A DNA stretch of 64,000 bases from contig CAWECA010000013.1 in the NCBI GenBank assembly GCA_963807435.1, positions 96,805 through 160,804 of the forward strand, written 5' to 3'. Shown here piece after piece: positions 39,813-48,899 of the stretch; within the stretch, counting starts at the first letter, position 1, and the number at the start of each line of letters is the position of its first letter. The notes under the pieces were generated by a model. It was not told the DNA's origin. It saw only the letters and a program-made list of their open reading frames with translations, and ran no database searches. The translations under genes were made by a program, and so were the position numbers. Source of the DNA: an uncultured Verrucomicrobiae bacterium (lineage in GTDB: Bacteria > Verrucomicrobiota > Verrucomicrobiia > Chthoniobacterales > UBA10450).

Positions 39813-42215
39813 CTAACCTTCGGTCTCGGCCCAGAATTTGCGGAAAGCTCGCGGCCAACTGCGGTCTATGACGCTTTTGCGCGCGGATTTACTGATTTGC
39901 TCTCGCAGCGGCCCGTTGGTTACCAGGGCTCGAATCGCCCGCGCAAAGTCTTCGACGTCATGGGACTTGGTGATCAATCCATTGCGGTTGTCTTTTACCA
40001 ACTCCTTCGGACCGCCGGAATCCGATACCACAACCGGCAAACCGGAAGCCTGCGCTTCAAGAACAACGTTTCCAAACGTGTCGGTTGTGCTGGGAAAAAC
40101 AAAGATGTCCGCTGATGCGTACGCCTCGGCCAGTTCGGTCCCTTTGAGATAACCGGTGAAATACGCTTCCGGCAAAGACTTTGCCAATGCCTCGGAATAC
40201 GGGCCGTGTCCGACCACGAATAGTTGAACAGGCAACCCTTCCTTCCGCAGGCGACGATAGGCGGCGGCCAGAAGGTCGAGATCTTTTTCCCGCGAAACGC
40301 GGCCTACATATAGCAAGCGGATCTCTCCATTTCGGGCGCCAAATTTTTCGAAGAAAGCTGAGTCATGCCGGTCGGGATGAAAGAGCTCGATATCGAGGCC
40401 ACGCGGGAAAATTTTCAGTTTTGTCGAATCGAAACCGCGTTTGATCCAGCTTTGCCGGTATTCTTCGGAGTTAACGAAGACTGTGTCCAGCTGGCCATAG
40501 AACCAATGCATGTAACGCCAGGTCACACTTTCAAGGAATGCATCCTCGGTGAGAATGCGAATGTATTGCGGGAAATCGGTATGATATATGCCGGTAGTTT
40601 GTAGGTTCAGCATTTTGGCAGCGAGCAGAGCTGTTAACCCGACCGGCCCCGGCGTGCTGATTATAATTTCTGTGAACCTTTCTCGCTGGATGTAATCGAG
40701 CATTTGGAGCACCGGCGGGAAACTTAGTTTTTGCAGTTCGTATTCCGGCAACTCGAATTCACCGATCGGAGGGAAGTTTTTGACCGGGATCTCGGAAGGC
40801 CGAAGATCGCTCCGGGAAGCAACCACGACCAGTTCCTTTCCTGCTGCCACGCCTGCGCCGGTCATTTTACAAATCGTCGTCGCTACGCCGTTCACGTCGT
40901 CCAACGTGTCTGTGAACCACGCGCGCTTGCGGTTTTGTAGCGCAATTGGAACTTCGCCAGTGAGATCTTTGAAGACCGTACGCAACCACTTGCGCGAAGG
41001 CGCCTGACTGTGAAAACCATAAATGTATGGCGTGAGGATCACGAGAATCGGAGCAATGGCGCTGAGAGCCTGCATGCTCTCCACCATGTTTCCGCCGCTG
41101 AGTTCCTTGACAAATTTGTTGAAGAAGCGAAACGCCAGCTGCTCAGCGACCATGTTCGCCATCAGGAATGTTCGCCGTTCCGGTTCGCTGACTTTGTCCA
41201 GCTGGGCGGCTAGTTTTGCTTTGACTTCCGGTCGCGCGAAATGACCGGAGAGTTCTTTCCACAGCGATACGTTCGCGGGCTTGGCAAATTCAAAAATTTT
41301 TCCTGACAAGACACCTTGCACGATGAAATCTATTTTCTCCTTTAACGTAAACTCTGTCGGCGCGCGTCCCTCCATAAAGCGCGAGAACATTTTCTCCAGC
41401 AGCGCCGCGCCTGGACCGAGTTTCTCGTGGAACCGGTCTTGAATGAAACAGGCGACAGTATTGTAGAACCCGTGCGACAGCATGAGCGGCGTTCCGCCAT
41501 GTCCGCGCGCGTCGCAATCGCCGTTGCGAACGAAACCGAGAAATTTCCTGGCCGAATTGGCACCGGGCGTTTCTGTGAATGCGGAAGCGACGAATTGCCC
41601 ACCGTGATCGTCCGATCCGCCGACCAGGATTTTTTTCCACGGTTCGCCATGTGTAGGCGCAATGCCATGGCGATTGGCCAACGTATCGATCTTCTCCGGG
41701 GTCAGCTGCTCGAAAAGCGTTTTGGTCAGATCGCTTAAAAGCGCGTCGCGCAATCCGTTGATGCCCTCGAAGTGTTTGAACAGGAGGATAAGCTTTTCGA
41801 GGTGGGGCGTCTCGAGTTTTCCGTTCACACTGTATAGCGGATGGGCAACAGCGTGTACAATTTGATCGCGTTGAAGGTACCGCTGAAGGTCGAAAATATT
41901 TTCGCGAACGTTCTGGATGTCGCGGTGCTGTTGTTCCGAGATTCCCCAAACTAAAATATGTAGCTTGCAGCCATCCTGAGGAAAATAAGTAGTGACCTGT
42001 TCGCTGATGAAGGTCCTCGGCAGGTGTGCGACTTCCAGGCAGCCATCAATTGAGTCATGATCGGTGATAGTTACGTAGTTCATGCCGCGTCTGAGTAACT
42101 GCGCGTGCAACTGCTTTGGGTCGGAATAGCTGTCGGGAAAATCGAGGCGTCGGAAGAGCCATTCCTCCGATCGCGCGCTGTGGCGCGAGTGCACATGCAA
42201 ATCACATTTGCTCAC
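39813..42215 (-). CDS. PHP-domain phosphoesterase fused to a GT4 glycosyltransferase
   Basis: 800 aa. The N-terminus has CDLHVHSRHS..ITDHD..GGSDDHG (PHP metal ligands). The C-terminus has GRVSREKDLDLL.. and FPSTTDTFGNVVLEAQASGLPVVVSDSGGPKELV (GT4). The GTG start overlaps the upstream stop (GTGA). Confidence 0.8.
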   Translation of the reverse strand: MSKCDLHVHSRHSARSEEWLFRRLDFPDSYSDPKQLHAQLLRRGMNYVTITDHDSIDGCLEVAHLPRTFISEQVTTYFPQDGCKLHILVWGISEQQHRDIQNVRENIFDLQRYLQRDQIVHAVAHPLYSVNGKLETPHLEKLILLFKHFEGINGLRDALLSDLTKTLFEQLTPEKIDTLANRHGIAPTHGEPWKKILVGGSDDHGGQFVASAFTETPGANSARKFLGFVRNGDCDARGHGGTPLMLSHGFYNTVACFIQDRFHEKLGPGAALLEKMFSRFMEGRAPTEFTLKEKIDFIVQGVLSGKIFEFAKPANVSLWKELSGHFARPEVKAKLAAQLDKVSEPERRTFLMANMVAEQLAFRFFNKFVKELSGGNMVESMQALSAIAPILVILTPYIYGFHSQAPSRKWLRTVFKDLTGEVPIALQNRKRAWFTDTLDDVNGVATTICKMTGAGVAAGKELVVVASRSDLRPSEIPVKNFPPIGEFELPEYELQKLSFPPVLQMLDYIQRERFTEIIISTPGPVGLTALLAAKMLNLQTTGIYHTDFPQYIRILTEDAFLESVTWRYMHWFYGQLDTVFVNSEEYRQSWIKRGFDSTKLKIFPRGLDIELFHPDRHDSAFFEKFGARNGEIRLLYVGRVSREKDLDLLAAAYRRLRKEGLPVQLFVVGHGPYSEALAKSLPEAYFTGYLKGTELAEAYASADIFVFPSTTDTFGNVVLEAQASGLPVVVSDSGGPKELVKDNRNGLITKSHDVEDFARAIRALVTNGPLREQISKSARKSVIDRSWPRAFRKFWAETEG

Positions 42216-43021
42216 GCTGCGTTCCTCGATCGTTGCTCTGCAATCCAGTTCTGGTAGGTCGTAGCGGTCCGTTCAGTTTTTGCCGCTGCGATAAAACGAA
42301 GAATCTGTTCCCAAACAGAGCGGTGAGAATAGTCGGGAGGATGAATGCTCATGCGCAGGAGTGTTTGGGACTTGAGCAAACGAAACAGTGTGGTGTTCCA
42401 ACTCGTGCTGAGCGCGCGACGCCAGCTGCTCTGAACGCTGTAAACAAGGGTCATTGCGGAAAAGGTATTCCCGGAACGAAGATCGCGTACGCTGCCCAGA
42501 CGCGTCGTGTATTCCAGTTGCGCATCGCAAACCGCGCGTTCCGCTTCATCTCCGAGCAGCCACGCCGGCGCGATGAATCCGCAAGGTTTGAATCCGTGTG
42601 CACGAAACGCATCCTGTGCCGCGGTGATTCGTTGCAGAGCTTCATCATAACTCAGATCGTAAAACTCACCCTCGTTTTGTGTATAAAACCGGGTCACTAA
42701 TTTGTCCCATAAGCTTTCCTCCGGACGCGGAGGGCGTTGGTGGAAATACCCGTGAATTACGATTTCGTGGCCGACACTTTCCAGCGAGTGCAGCCAGCTT
42801 ACAAACTGCCTGTTCTCGGCAAACAGACCCTGGTGATGATAATCCGGCACCACCAGCAGCGAACAGGTGCGAACACCGCGAAAAGCTAACTCGGAAATGA
42901 TTTTGCTCGCGATCTGTTGAGTACCCGGGGCTATGTCATGTAGAGACACAACGATTGAATTTGTCGTGGCGTCAGCGGTCGCTACGAGTGGAAGAAACTC
43001 GGCAGCTGCGAACGCACTCAT
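42212..43021 (-). CDS. DUF2334 family predicted polysaccharide deacetylase
   Basis: 269 aa; VVSLHDIAP.., LLVVPDYHH.., EIVIHGYFH.. resemble the DUF2334/NodB-like pattern. Confidence 0.6.
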   Translation of the reverse strand: MSAFAAAEFLPLVATADATTNSIVVSLHDIAPGTQQIASKIISELAFRGVRTCSLLVVPDYHHQGLFAENRQFVSWLHSLESVGHEIVIHGYFHQRPPRPEESLWDKLVTRFYTQNEGEFYDLSYDEALQRITAAQDAFRAHGFKPCGFIAPAWLLGDEAERAVCDAQLEYTTRLGSVRDLRSGNTFSAMTLVYSVQSSWRRALSTSWNTTLFRLLKSQTLLRMSIHPPDYSHRSVWEQILRFIAAAKTERTATTYQNWIAEQRSRNAA

Positions 43022-43135
43022 TTCTGAATTTTCTGCCTCCTGCGAGTTTCGAACAAGGCAAAATCGAGCAAATAATTCGTCGAACGTTATGTCGTTACAA
43101 CGAAGCCTGTTCAGGAGTTTTCAACGATTTACGAT

Positions 43136-43549
43136 TTAACTCGGCGCAGCCATTTGCACGATTTCGCGAAACTCCGCTTCACCCAGAGGCATCACCGAAA
43201 GCCGCGATTGTCGGACCAGGGGAATTTCTTTCAACCGCGAATTGCCCTTGATTTCGCGTAGTGTGACCTGGCGACGTAGCGGTTTGACTGCCGCGAGATC
43301 TACCGTCGACCAGTCGCCTTCTTTCGCAGTCGGATCTGGATAGGCCGTCCTCGTTACCTTCGCGATTCCGACCACGGCCCTGTCTTCGCCGCTATGGTAG
43401 AAAAGGACTTCGTCGCCCTTTTGCATTCTGCGGAGACTATTTCGCGCAGAAAAATTGCGCACTCCGGTCCAGCTGGTTTTCCCTTCCGCCACAAACTGCG
43501 ACCACGAGTAGGAAGACGGCTCCTGTTTCACCAGCCAAAATTTTTTCAT
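43136..43549 (-). CDS. EVE (PUA-like) domain protein
   Basis: 137 aa from ATG 43549; MKKFWLVKQEPSSYSW..WTGVRNFSARNSLRRMQKGDEVLFYHSG is the EVE-domain signature. Confidence 0.8.
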   Translation of the reverse strand: MKKFWLVKQEPSSYSWSQFVAEGKTSWTGVRNFSARNSLRRMQKGDEVLFYHSGEDRAVVGIAKVTRTAYPDPTAKEGDWSTVDLAAVKPLRRQVTLREIKGNSRLKEIPLVRQSRLSVMPLGEAEFREIVQMAAPS

Positions 43550-43707
43550 CGTTGTAAAGTAGCACGTTGCTTCCGAGCGCGCGGGATGGGTGGAAATACT
43601 GTCTTCTGGATCTAACTGCGGCACCCGAGAAACTCGCCGGCCCGGCCAGTTTGGTGATATTCGGTGAGCATTCGACAATCGCCGTGCTTTGTCTCACAAT
43701 CGGTCAG

Positions 43708-44382
43708 ATGTCGCGATTACCGTTCATCACGTTTGAGGGATCGGAAGCATGCGGGAAAACGACGCAGGTGCAAAGGCTCGCGGCCAAACTGGGCCGGTTA
43801 AATATCAGACATGTGATTACTCGCGAACCTGGCGGCACGCCGATCGGCGAAACCATCCGCGAGCTCCTGCAATTTGCGCCACATAACTTCGACATGACGC
43901 CGGAGACTGAGCTGCTCTTGTTCGAGGCGAGTCGCAGCCAGCTGGTGCGGCAGGTAATCAAGCCGGCACTTGAACATGGCGTGTGCGTTATCGTGGATCG
44001 CTTCTTTGATTCAACAACCGTTTATCAAGGAGCAGCCCGGCAGCTGGATTCCAAGATGATCGAGTGCTTGAATGCGTTTGCTATAGGAGATTGTATCCCG
44101 GACGTAACAATCGTTCTCGATGTGGATAGCACGACGGCCCAACTGCGAATGCAGCGCGAACGGCGTAAAGCGGATCGGATGGAGCAAGAGCCACCAGAAT
44201 TCCATGAGCAAGTTCGCAAGGGATATCGTGAACTGGCTGCGCGAGAACCAAACCGAATCGTTTTGGTCGATGGCTCAAAGGACGCAGATGAAACCGAAGA
44301 TGAGATATGGAAAAAGCTATGTTCACGATTTCCTGCGTTAGAAAAATCATCGAACATCGAACATCGAACACCGAACCCCTGA
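43708..44382 (+). CDS. tmk: thymidylate kinase
   Basis: P-loop FITFEGSEACGKTTQ, TREPGGTPIGE, DRFFDSTTVYQG. The 3' end contains a 7-mer tandem repeat. Confidence 0.9.
   Translation: MSRLPFITFEGSEACGKTTQVQRLAAKLGRLNIRHVITREPGGTPIGETIRELLQFAPHNFDMTPETELLLFEASRSQLVRQVIKPALEHGVCVIVDRFFDSTTVYQGAARQLDSKMIECLNAFAIGDCIPDVTIVLDVDSTTAQLRMQRERRKADRMEQEPPEFHEQVRKGYRELAAREPNRIVLVDGSKDADETEDEIWKKLCSRFPALEKSSNIEHRTPNP
44348..44375. repeat. 4 tandem copies of the 7-mer CATCGAA (last copy CACCGAA)
   Basis: Read directly from the sequence. It lies inside the last codons of tmk and ends 7 nt before the holB ATG. Confidence 0.9.
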
Positions 44383-45354
44383 ATGGCTTTTTCCCGTCCG
44401 GCAGCATTCGAACGCTTGCGGCACGCTCATGAGCAAAACCGCCTGGCGCACGCTTATTTGATCACGGGACCTTCGGGTAGCGGCAAGGAAGTGCTTGCAG
44501 CGGAGCTGGCCAGCCTCGTCAATGGCACGCCGGTAAAGGATATCTTCTCAGTCAGGGCCCGGGAGATTTTTATCGCCCGACCTGAATCAAAATCGCGTCG
44601 TATCGTAACCGCACAGATTCGGGCCCTCGAGCATGCGCTGCAGATGCGGGCAACAAATGGCCGGTGCAAAGTAGCGATCGTTCCGGATGCCGATCGTCTT
44701 CAAAGCGAGGCGGCAAACGCGTTCCTCAAGACGCTGGAGGAACCGCCGAAGGATTCTCTACTGCTTCTAACAAGCGCTTTACCCGAGGCCCTTCCGGAAA
44801 CGATTCTGTCCCGCTGTATCAGCATTCCTCTTGTGCCCGATACAAAAGAACAGAGGAAGGCGGAAGAAGCGGAACTAGTGAAAGCGCTGCAGCAGGCGGG
44901 CAGCCAGGCAACTTGGAATACTCCGTTTGCCTATCGACTGGCTCAGGAATTTCAATATCTGCTTCGGACTGTTCGCGATGAAGTAAAGATGGAAATAGAT
45001 GAGGCATTCAAGCAAGAGCAGCTCCGCTACAGGGATGCCACTGATGGCGCCTGGCTGAACGAGCGCGAGCAATACTACAAGGCGCTTACGGAAAGCCTTT
45101 ACTTGCAGCGCCGCGCCGCGCTGCTGGAAACGTTGTTTGCCTGGTGGGCCGACGTTCTGCGGGCGAGCAACGGCATCGAAGAGCGCGATATCCCCGCTGC
45201 AAACCGAGAGACCGCAGCTCTTGCACGCCGCTTCGGCACCACCGGAGTTTTGAAGCGCATCCGCTCGCTTGAAGAATTGCGAGACAATTTCGGCCGAAAT
45301 GTCCATGAAGGCCTTGCGATCGAAGTCGCGTTCCTGACGATCTTTACATCGTAA
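44383..45354 (+). CDS. holB: DNA polymerase III subunit delta'
   Basis: HAYLITGPSGSGK, FLKTLEEPP, ILSRC motifs. The ATG directly follows the tmk TGA. Confidence 0.85.
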   Translation: MAFSRPAAFERLRHAHEQNRLAHAYLITGPSGSGKEVLAAELASLVNGTPVKDIFSVRAREIFIARPESKSRRIVTAQIRALEHALQMRATNGRCKVAIVPDADRLQSEAANAFLKTLEEPPKDSLLLLTSALPEALPETILSRCISIPLVPDTKEQRKAEEAELVKALQQAGSQATWNTPFAYRLAQEFQYLLRTVRDEVKMEIDEAFKQEQLRYRDATDGAWLNEREQYYKALTESLYLQRRAALLETLFAWWADVLRASNGIEERDIPAANRETAALARRFGTTGVLKRIRSLEELRDNFGRNVHEGLAIEVAFLTIFTS

Positions 45355-45413
45355 CGAAAGGCTGCGAGACCTTTGCTGCAAAGTTTTGAGCGATTTCGCT
45401 GTCGCACTGCTGG

Positions 45414-45441
45414 TTGACAAAATCCTCAGCAAACTTATCCA
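45414..45441 (+). promoter_or_regulatory. sigma70-like promoter candidate (TTGACA-16 nt-TATCCA) for the L,D-transpeptidase gene
   Basis: Perfect -35 hexamer at 45414-45419, a 16-nt spacer and -10 TATCCA at 45436-45441. Only 9 nt separate the -10 from ATG 45451, implying a leaderless or near-leaderless mRNA. Confidence 0.3.
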
Positions 45442-45450
45442 GTACCCCGT

Positions 45451-46056
45451 ATGCGACATTTTTATCGACTGATTTTGCTCCCTGCATGCGGTTCGCTCCT
45501 ATTATTAGTGGGTTGCGCCACAGGACGGGTAGCTTCAAGCTCTTACCACGTTACGGCTTATCGACCGCACGATCCGTCCAAGGTGAAAGTGAAACTCTCT
45601 ACCTCGACACAGAACTTGTATGTCGTGGAAGGGGATCGGTTGTTAATGGCGGTTCAGAGCAATGTAGGCAAGCCTGGCAGCCCGACGCCGCGCGGCCACT
45701 TTACAATTTACAACAAGCAAAAGGAGCGTCGCCGTCAGAGCGAGCCGGATCGAGGTTATCCGATGGCTTACTGGTGCGAATTCGCGCCAGCGTACGGATT
45801 TCACGAAGGGTTTGTGTGGGCCGTGCCGCATACCCACGGTTGCGTTCGTCTCCATAAGGAAGCAGCAGCTCGACTATTCGCATTGGTCCAAATCGGTACG
45901 CCAGTGGACATCGAAAGCTCGCTTCCCGAAGACGCCAAGTACGGCAACCAGGTTGTCCGGCTGGATCAAAGCCGCGACCCGGACCCGCCGCGCTCGTATA
46001 TGATGTCGTCCAGCTGGTTCAAAGATCCTCCTGGTCCGTTGCTGGTGGACCAGTGA
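45451..46056 (+). CDS. L,D-transpeptidase (YkuD) lipoprotein
   Basis: Lipobox LLLLVGC; catalytic HTHGCVRL in a YkuD-like domain. Confidence 0.8.
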   Translation: MRHFYRLILLPACGSLLLLVGCATGRVASSSYHVTAYRPHDPSKVKVKLSTSTQNLYVVEGDRLLMAVQSNVGKPGSPTPRGHFTIYNKQKERRRQSEPDRGYPMAYWCEFAPAYGFHEGFVWAVPHTHGCVRLHKEAAARLFALVQIGTPVDIESSLPEDAKYGNQVVRLDQSRDPDPPRSYMMSSSWFKDPPGPLLVDQ

Positions 46057-46133
46057 TCTTCTAGCAGATCGAACAATTGGGCCTCTGGCCGGCGATTGGA
46101 AAACGGCTGGTTAAGGTTACGTTAACCAAAGCC

Positions 46134-47372
46134 ATGAGCACGAACCTGATTTCCAGCGGCACAACCGCCCGCCAGAAAGTAAACCTGCGCACGCCGGATG
46201 TGATGGCGGCGGTGCAGCAACAGGTGGAGGCACATTACCGCAGCGATATTATCGAAAAAATCCGGCATGCCGGGGGAATCATTTCGGTTGGAGACACAAC
46301 GGTGCGTTTGGCAAAGCAGTTTGGCTTTTGCTATGGAGTTGAACGTGCGATCGACCTTGCGTATGCCGCTCGGAAGGTTTTCAAGGATCGCCGGTTGTTC
46401 ATTGTCGGCGAAATCATTCATAACCCTGAGGTCAACCATCAGATCGCATCGTTAGGCATTAAGAATCTCACCGGCAAAAACAAGGAGGCCGACATTTCCG
46501 ACCTTGGCTCCGAGGATGTAGTGATCGTACCTGCGTTTGGAACGGAGTTATCGATTCAGCAACAAATCAAGGACCGCGGCTGCCAGATTGTGGATACTAC
46601 CTGCGGTGACGTGATGAGCGTTTGGAAACGCGTGCGGAAATATGCAATTGAATCCGTTACCTCGATCATTCACGGTAAAGCCGAGCACGAAGAGACGAAG
46701 GCCACCAGTTCGCGCGCTCTCGGCGACGGCGGCGGTCACTACGTGGTGGTCCTGACTCTCGCGGACACAGATTACGTTTGCGATTATATCCGGAGCGGCG
46801 GCGACAAGCGGGCATTTCTCGAAAAGTTCAAGGGTGCGCATTCACCGGGTTTTGATCCCGATGTGCATTTGAAAACGGTCGGCGTTGCTAATCAAACGAC
46901 CATGCTGCGCGGTGAAACCGAGGAGGTGCAACGCCGGATCCGGCAGGCCGTTATTGATCGCGACGGTCCGGAGGACGCTGGGGAAAACTTCCGTTTCTTC
47001 GATACAATCTGCGGCGCCACTCAGGAGCGCCAGGACGCGTTGCGCGAGCTGCTGAACGTTTCGATGGACTTGCTGCTCGTCGTAGGCGGTTATAACAGCT
47101 CGAATACATCGCATCTTGCCGAGATGGGCGAAGAGAAGCTGCCGACGTATTTTGTCCTGAATGCCTCGCGGCTTGTCTCGGCAACCGAGATCAAGCACTA
47201 CGATTTACACGAGAAACGTGAGATCGTGTCCCATTTCTGGTTGCCTAACGGTCCGGCTGTAATCGGGATTACGGCTGGAGCGTCCTGCCCGAATAACCTG
47301 ATCGAAGAAACGTTGATTCGGCTCTTTGAATTACGCGGTATCTCCCGTCGGGACCTCGAGTTGGCAGCCTAG
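46134..47372 (+). CDS. ispH: 4-hydroxy-3-methylbut-2-enyl diphosphate reductase (long form)
   Basis: FGFCYGVERAI, DTTCGDV, ANQTTML, ICGATQERQ and GGYNSSNTSHL match IspH/LytB cluster and substrate motifs. Confidence 0.9.
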   Translation: MSTNLISSGTTARQKVNLRTPDVMAAVQQQVEAHYRSDIIEKIRHAGGIISVGDTTVRLAKQFGFCYGVERAIDLAYAARKVFKDRRLFIVGEIIHNPEVNHQIASLGIKNLTGKNKEADISDLGSEDVVIVPAFGTELSIQQQIKDRGCQIVDTTCGDVMSVWKRVRKYAIESVTSIIHGKAEHEETKATSSRALGDGGGHYVVVLTLADTDYVCDYIRSGGDKRAFLEKFKGAHSPGFDPDVHLKTVGVANQTTMLRGETEEVQRRIRQAVIDRDGPEDAGENFRFFDTICGATQERQDALRELLNVSMDLLLVVGGYNSSNTSHLAEMGEEKLPTYFVLNASRLVSATEIKHYDLHEKREIVSHFWLPNGPAVIGITAGASCPNNLIEETLIRLFELRGISRRDLELAA

Positions 47373-47449
47373 CGACCGCGGTCGAGGCGATTGACCTTAA
47401 TCGCCCGGCTTGACTGAACTTGCGAGAGCTGCCGCGCAAACAGCTCTCG
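47373..47449 (+). terminator. three consecutive hairpins downstream of ispH
   Basis: CGACCGCGGTCG palindrome (47373-47384), GGCGATT-gacctt-AATCGCC (47386-47405) and CGAGAGCTG-ccgcgcaaa-CAGCTCTCG (47423-47449). There is no U-tract, so the function (terminator or ku leader structure) is uncertain. Confidence 0.35.
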
Positions 47450-47468
47450 TCATGCGAAGTAAACTTGT

Positions 47469-48311
47469 ATGCCACGCGCGATTTGGAAAGGCAGCATCAG
47501 CTTTGGATTGGTCAACATACCGATCGCCCTTCACACCGCTACGCGACGCGAAGAACTGAAGTTTCGGCTGCTGCGTAGCAGTGATCTCAGTCCTGTGAAC
47601 TACAAACGCGTCGCAGAAAAGGACGGCAGGGAAGTGCCATGGGACCAGATCGTAAAAGGTTACGAGTATGAGAAGGGAAAATACGTTGTGCTTAAGGAGC
47701 AAGATTTTCAGCGCGTCGATCTTGAGGCGACACAAACAGTCGACATCCAGGATTTCGTCGATCAGGAAGAGATCGATCCGATGTTTTTTTACAAGCCATA
47801 TTATCTGGAGCCACAGAAAGGCGGGGACAAGGCTTACGCACTTTTACGCGACGCGTTGAAAGAGACCAACAAGGTCGGCATCGCCAAGGTGATCATCAAA
47901 ACGCGTCAATATCTGGCGGGAGTTAAGGCGGAAGACGGGGTGCTCGTGCTTGAATTGATGCACTTCGCGGATGAGCTGGCTGATCCGGAGAAGCTGCATC
48001 TTCCGAAGAAAAAGGAGGTGGGCAAACGCGAAATGAATATGGCCAGATCACTTATCGATTCGATGAGCTCGAAATGGGAACCCAAAAAATATAAGGACGA
48101 TTATCGCGAAGCTCTTATGGAAGTGATCGAGGAGAAAGTCGACGCCGGTGGAAGAGAAATCGAAGAGAAGCCACGGAAAACGACCAAACCGACCAAAGTC
48201 ATCGATCTCGTCTCGGTCTTACAAAAGAGTCTTGAACAGACTTCCGTGAAGCAGAAGCCGAAAGGCAGATCGCGCTCGAAGAAGGCTCATCCCGGGAGGA
48301 AAGCAGCCTGA
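47469..48311 (+). CDS. ku: Ku protein (non-homologous end joining)
   Basis: MPRAIWKGSISFGLVNIPIAL.., KGYEYEKGKYVVL.. and a lysine-rich C-terminal tail. Confidence 0.9.
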   Translation: MPRAIWKGSISFGLVNIPIALHTATRREELKFRLLRSSDLSPVNYKRVAEKDGREVPWDQIVKGYEYEKGKYVVLKEQDFQRVDLEATQTVDIQDFVDQEEIDPMFFYKPYYLEPQKGGDKAYALLRDALKETNKVGIAKVIIKTRQYLAGVKAEDGVLVLELMHFADELADPEKLHLPKKKEVGKREMNMARSLIDSMSSKWEPKKYKDDYREALMEVIEEKVDAGGREIEEKPRKTTKPTKVIDLVSVLQKSLEQTSVKQKPKGRSRSKKAHPGRKAA

Positions 48312-48423
48312 CTGTAGGCACCGGCCTGTGACCGGTTTGGAAAATTTTCGATGTGTTGGACGGCCACAGAGTCATGGCTACAGGCTTGACACAACCGCTC
48401 CACTTCCTTCAGCCTGATACGCC

Positions 48424-48828
48424 ATGAACGCGCTCAATCGGTTTGCGGATCCCGTGTATTGCATAACTCGATTGATCGTCGGACTCCTTTTTGCGTCACA
48501 TGGTGGCCAAAAAATTTTGGGCTTTCCTCCCGGCGGCCACGGCATGCCGCCCGGTGCTCTCGGTGCGCTTGGCGCCTGGATAGAATTGATCTGCGGATTG
48601 CTTATCGCGGTTGGTCTGCTCACCCGCCTGGCTGCGTTCATCGCTAGCGGCGAAATGGCAGTAGCGTATTTCTTGGTGCATGCAGCGCACCATTTCTTCC
48701 CGATCGTGAACAAGGGTGAGACGGCGGTGTTTTACTGTTGGTTCTTTTTCTTTGCCATTTTCTACGGCCCCGGCCGTTGGAGCATCGATGCGTTGGTACG
48801 CAGAGGAAAATCAGGCGCTGGCAGGTAA
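48424..48828 (+). CDS. DoxX family membrane protein
   Basis: 134 aa, 4 TM helices; RLIVGLLFASHGGQKILG.. is typical of DoxX. Confidence 0.8.
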   Translation: MNALNRFADPVYCITRLIVGLLFASHGGQKILGFPPGGHGMPPGALGALGAWIELICGLLIAVGLLTRLAAFIASGEMAVAYFLVHAAHHFFPIVNKGETAVFYCWFFFFAIFYGPGRWSIDALVRRGKSGAGR

Positions 48829-48899
48829 GGTGGTTTCGAGTTTTCGTTGTTCTGGGAAAGTCGCTTGCCGAGCCGTTTCCTTATGCGAAGGCTGAGAAA

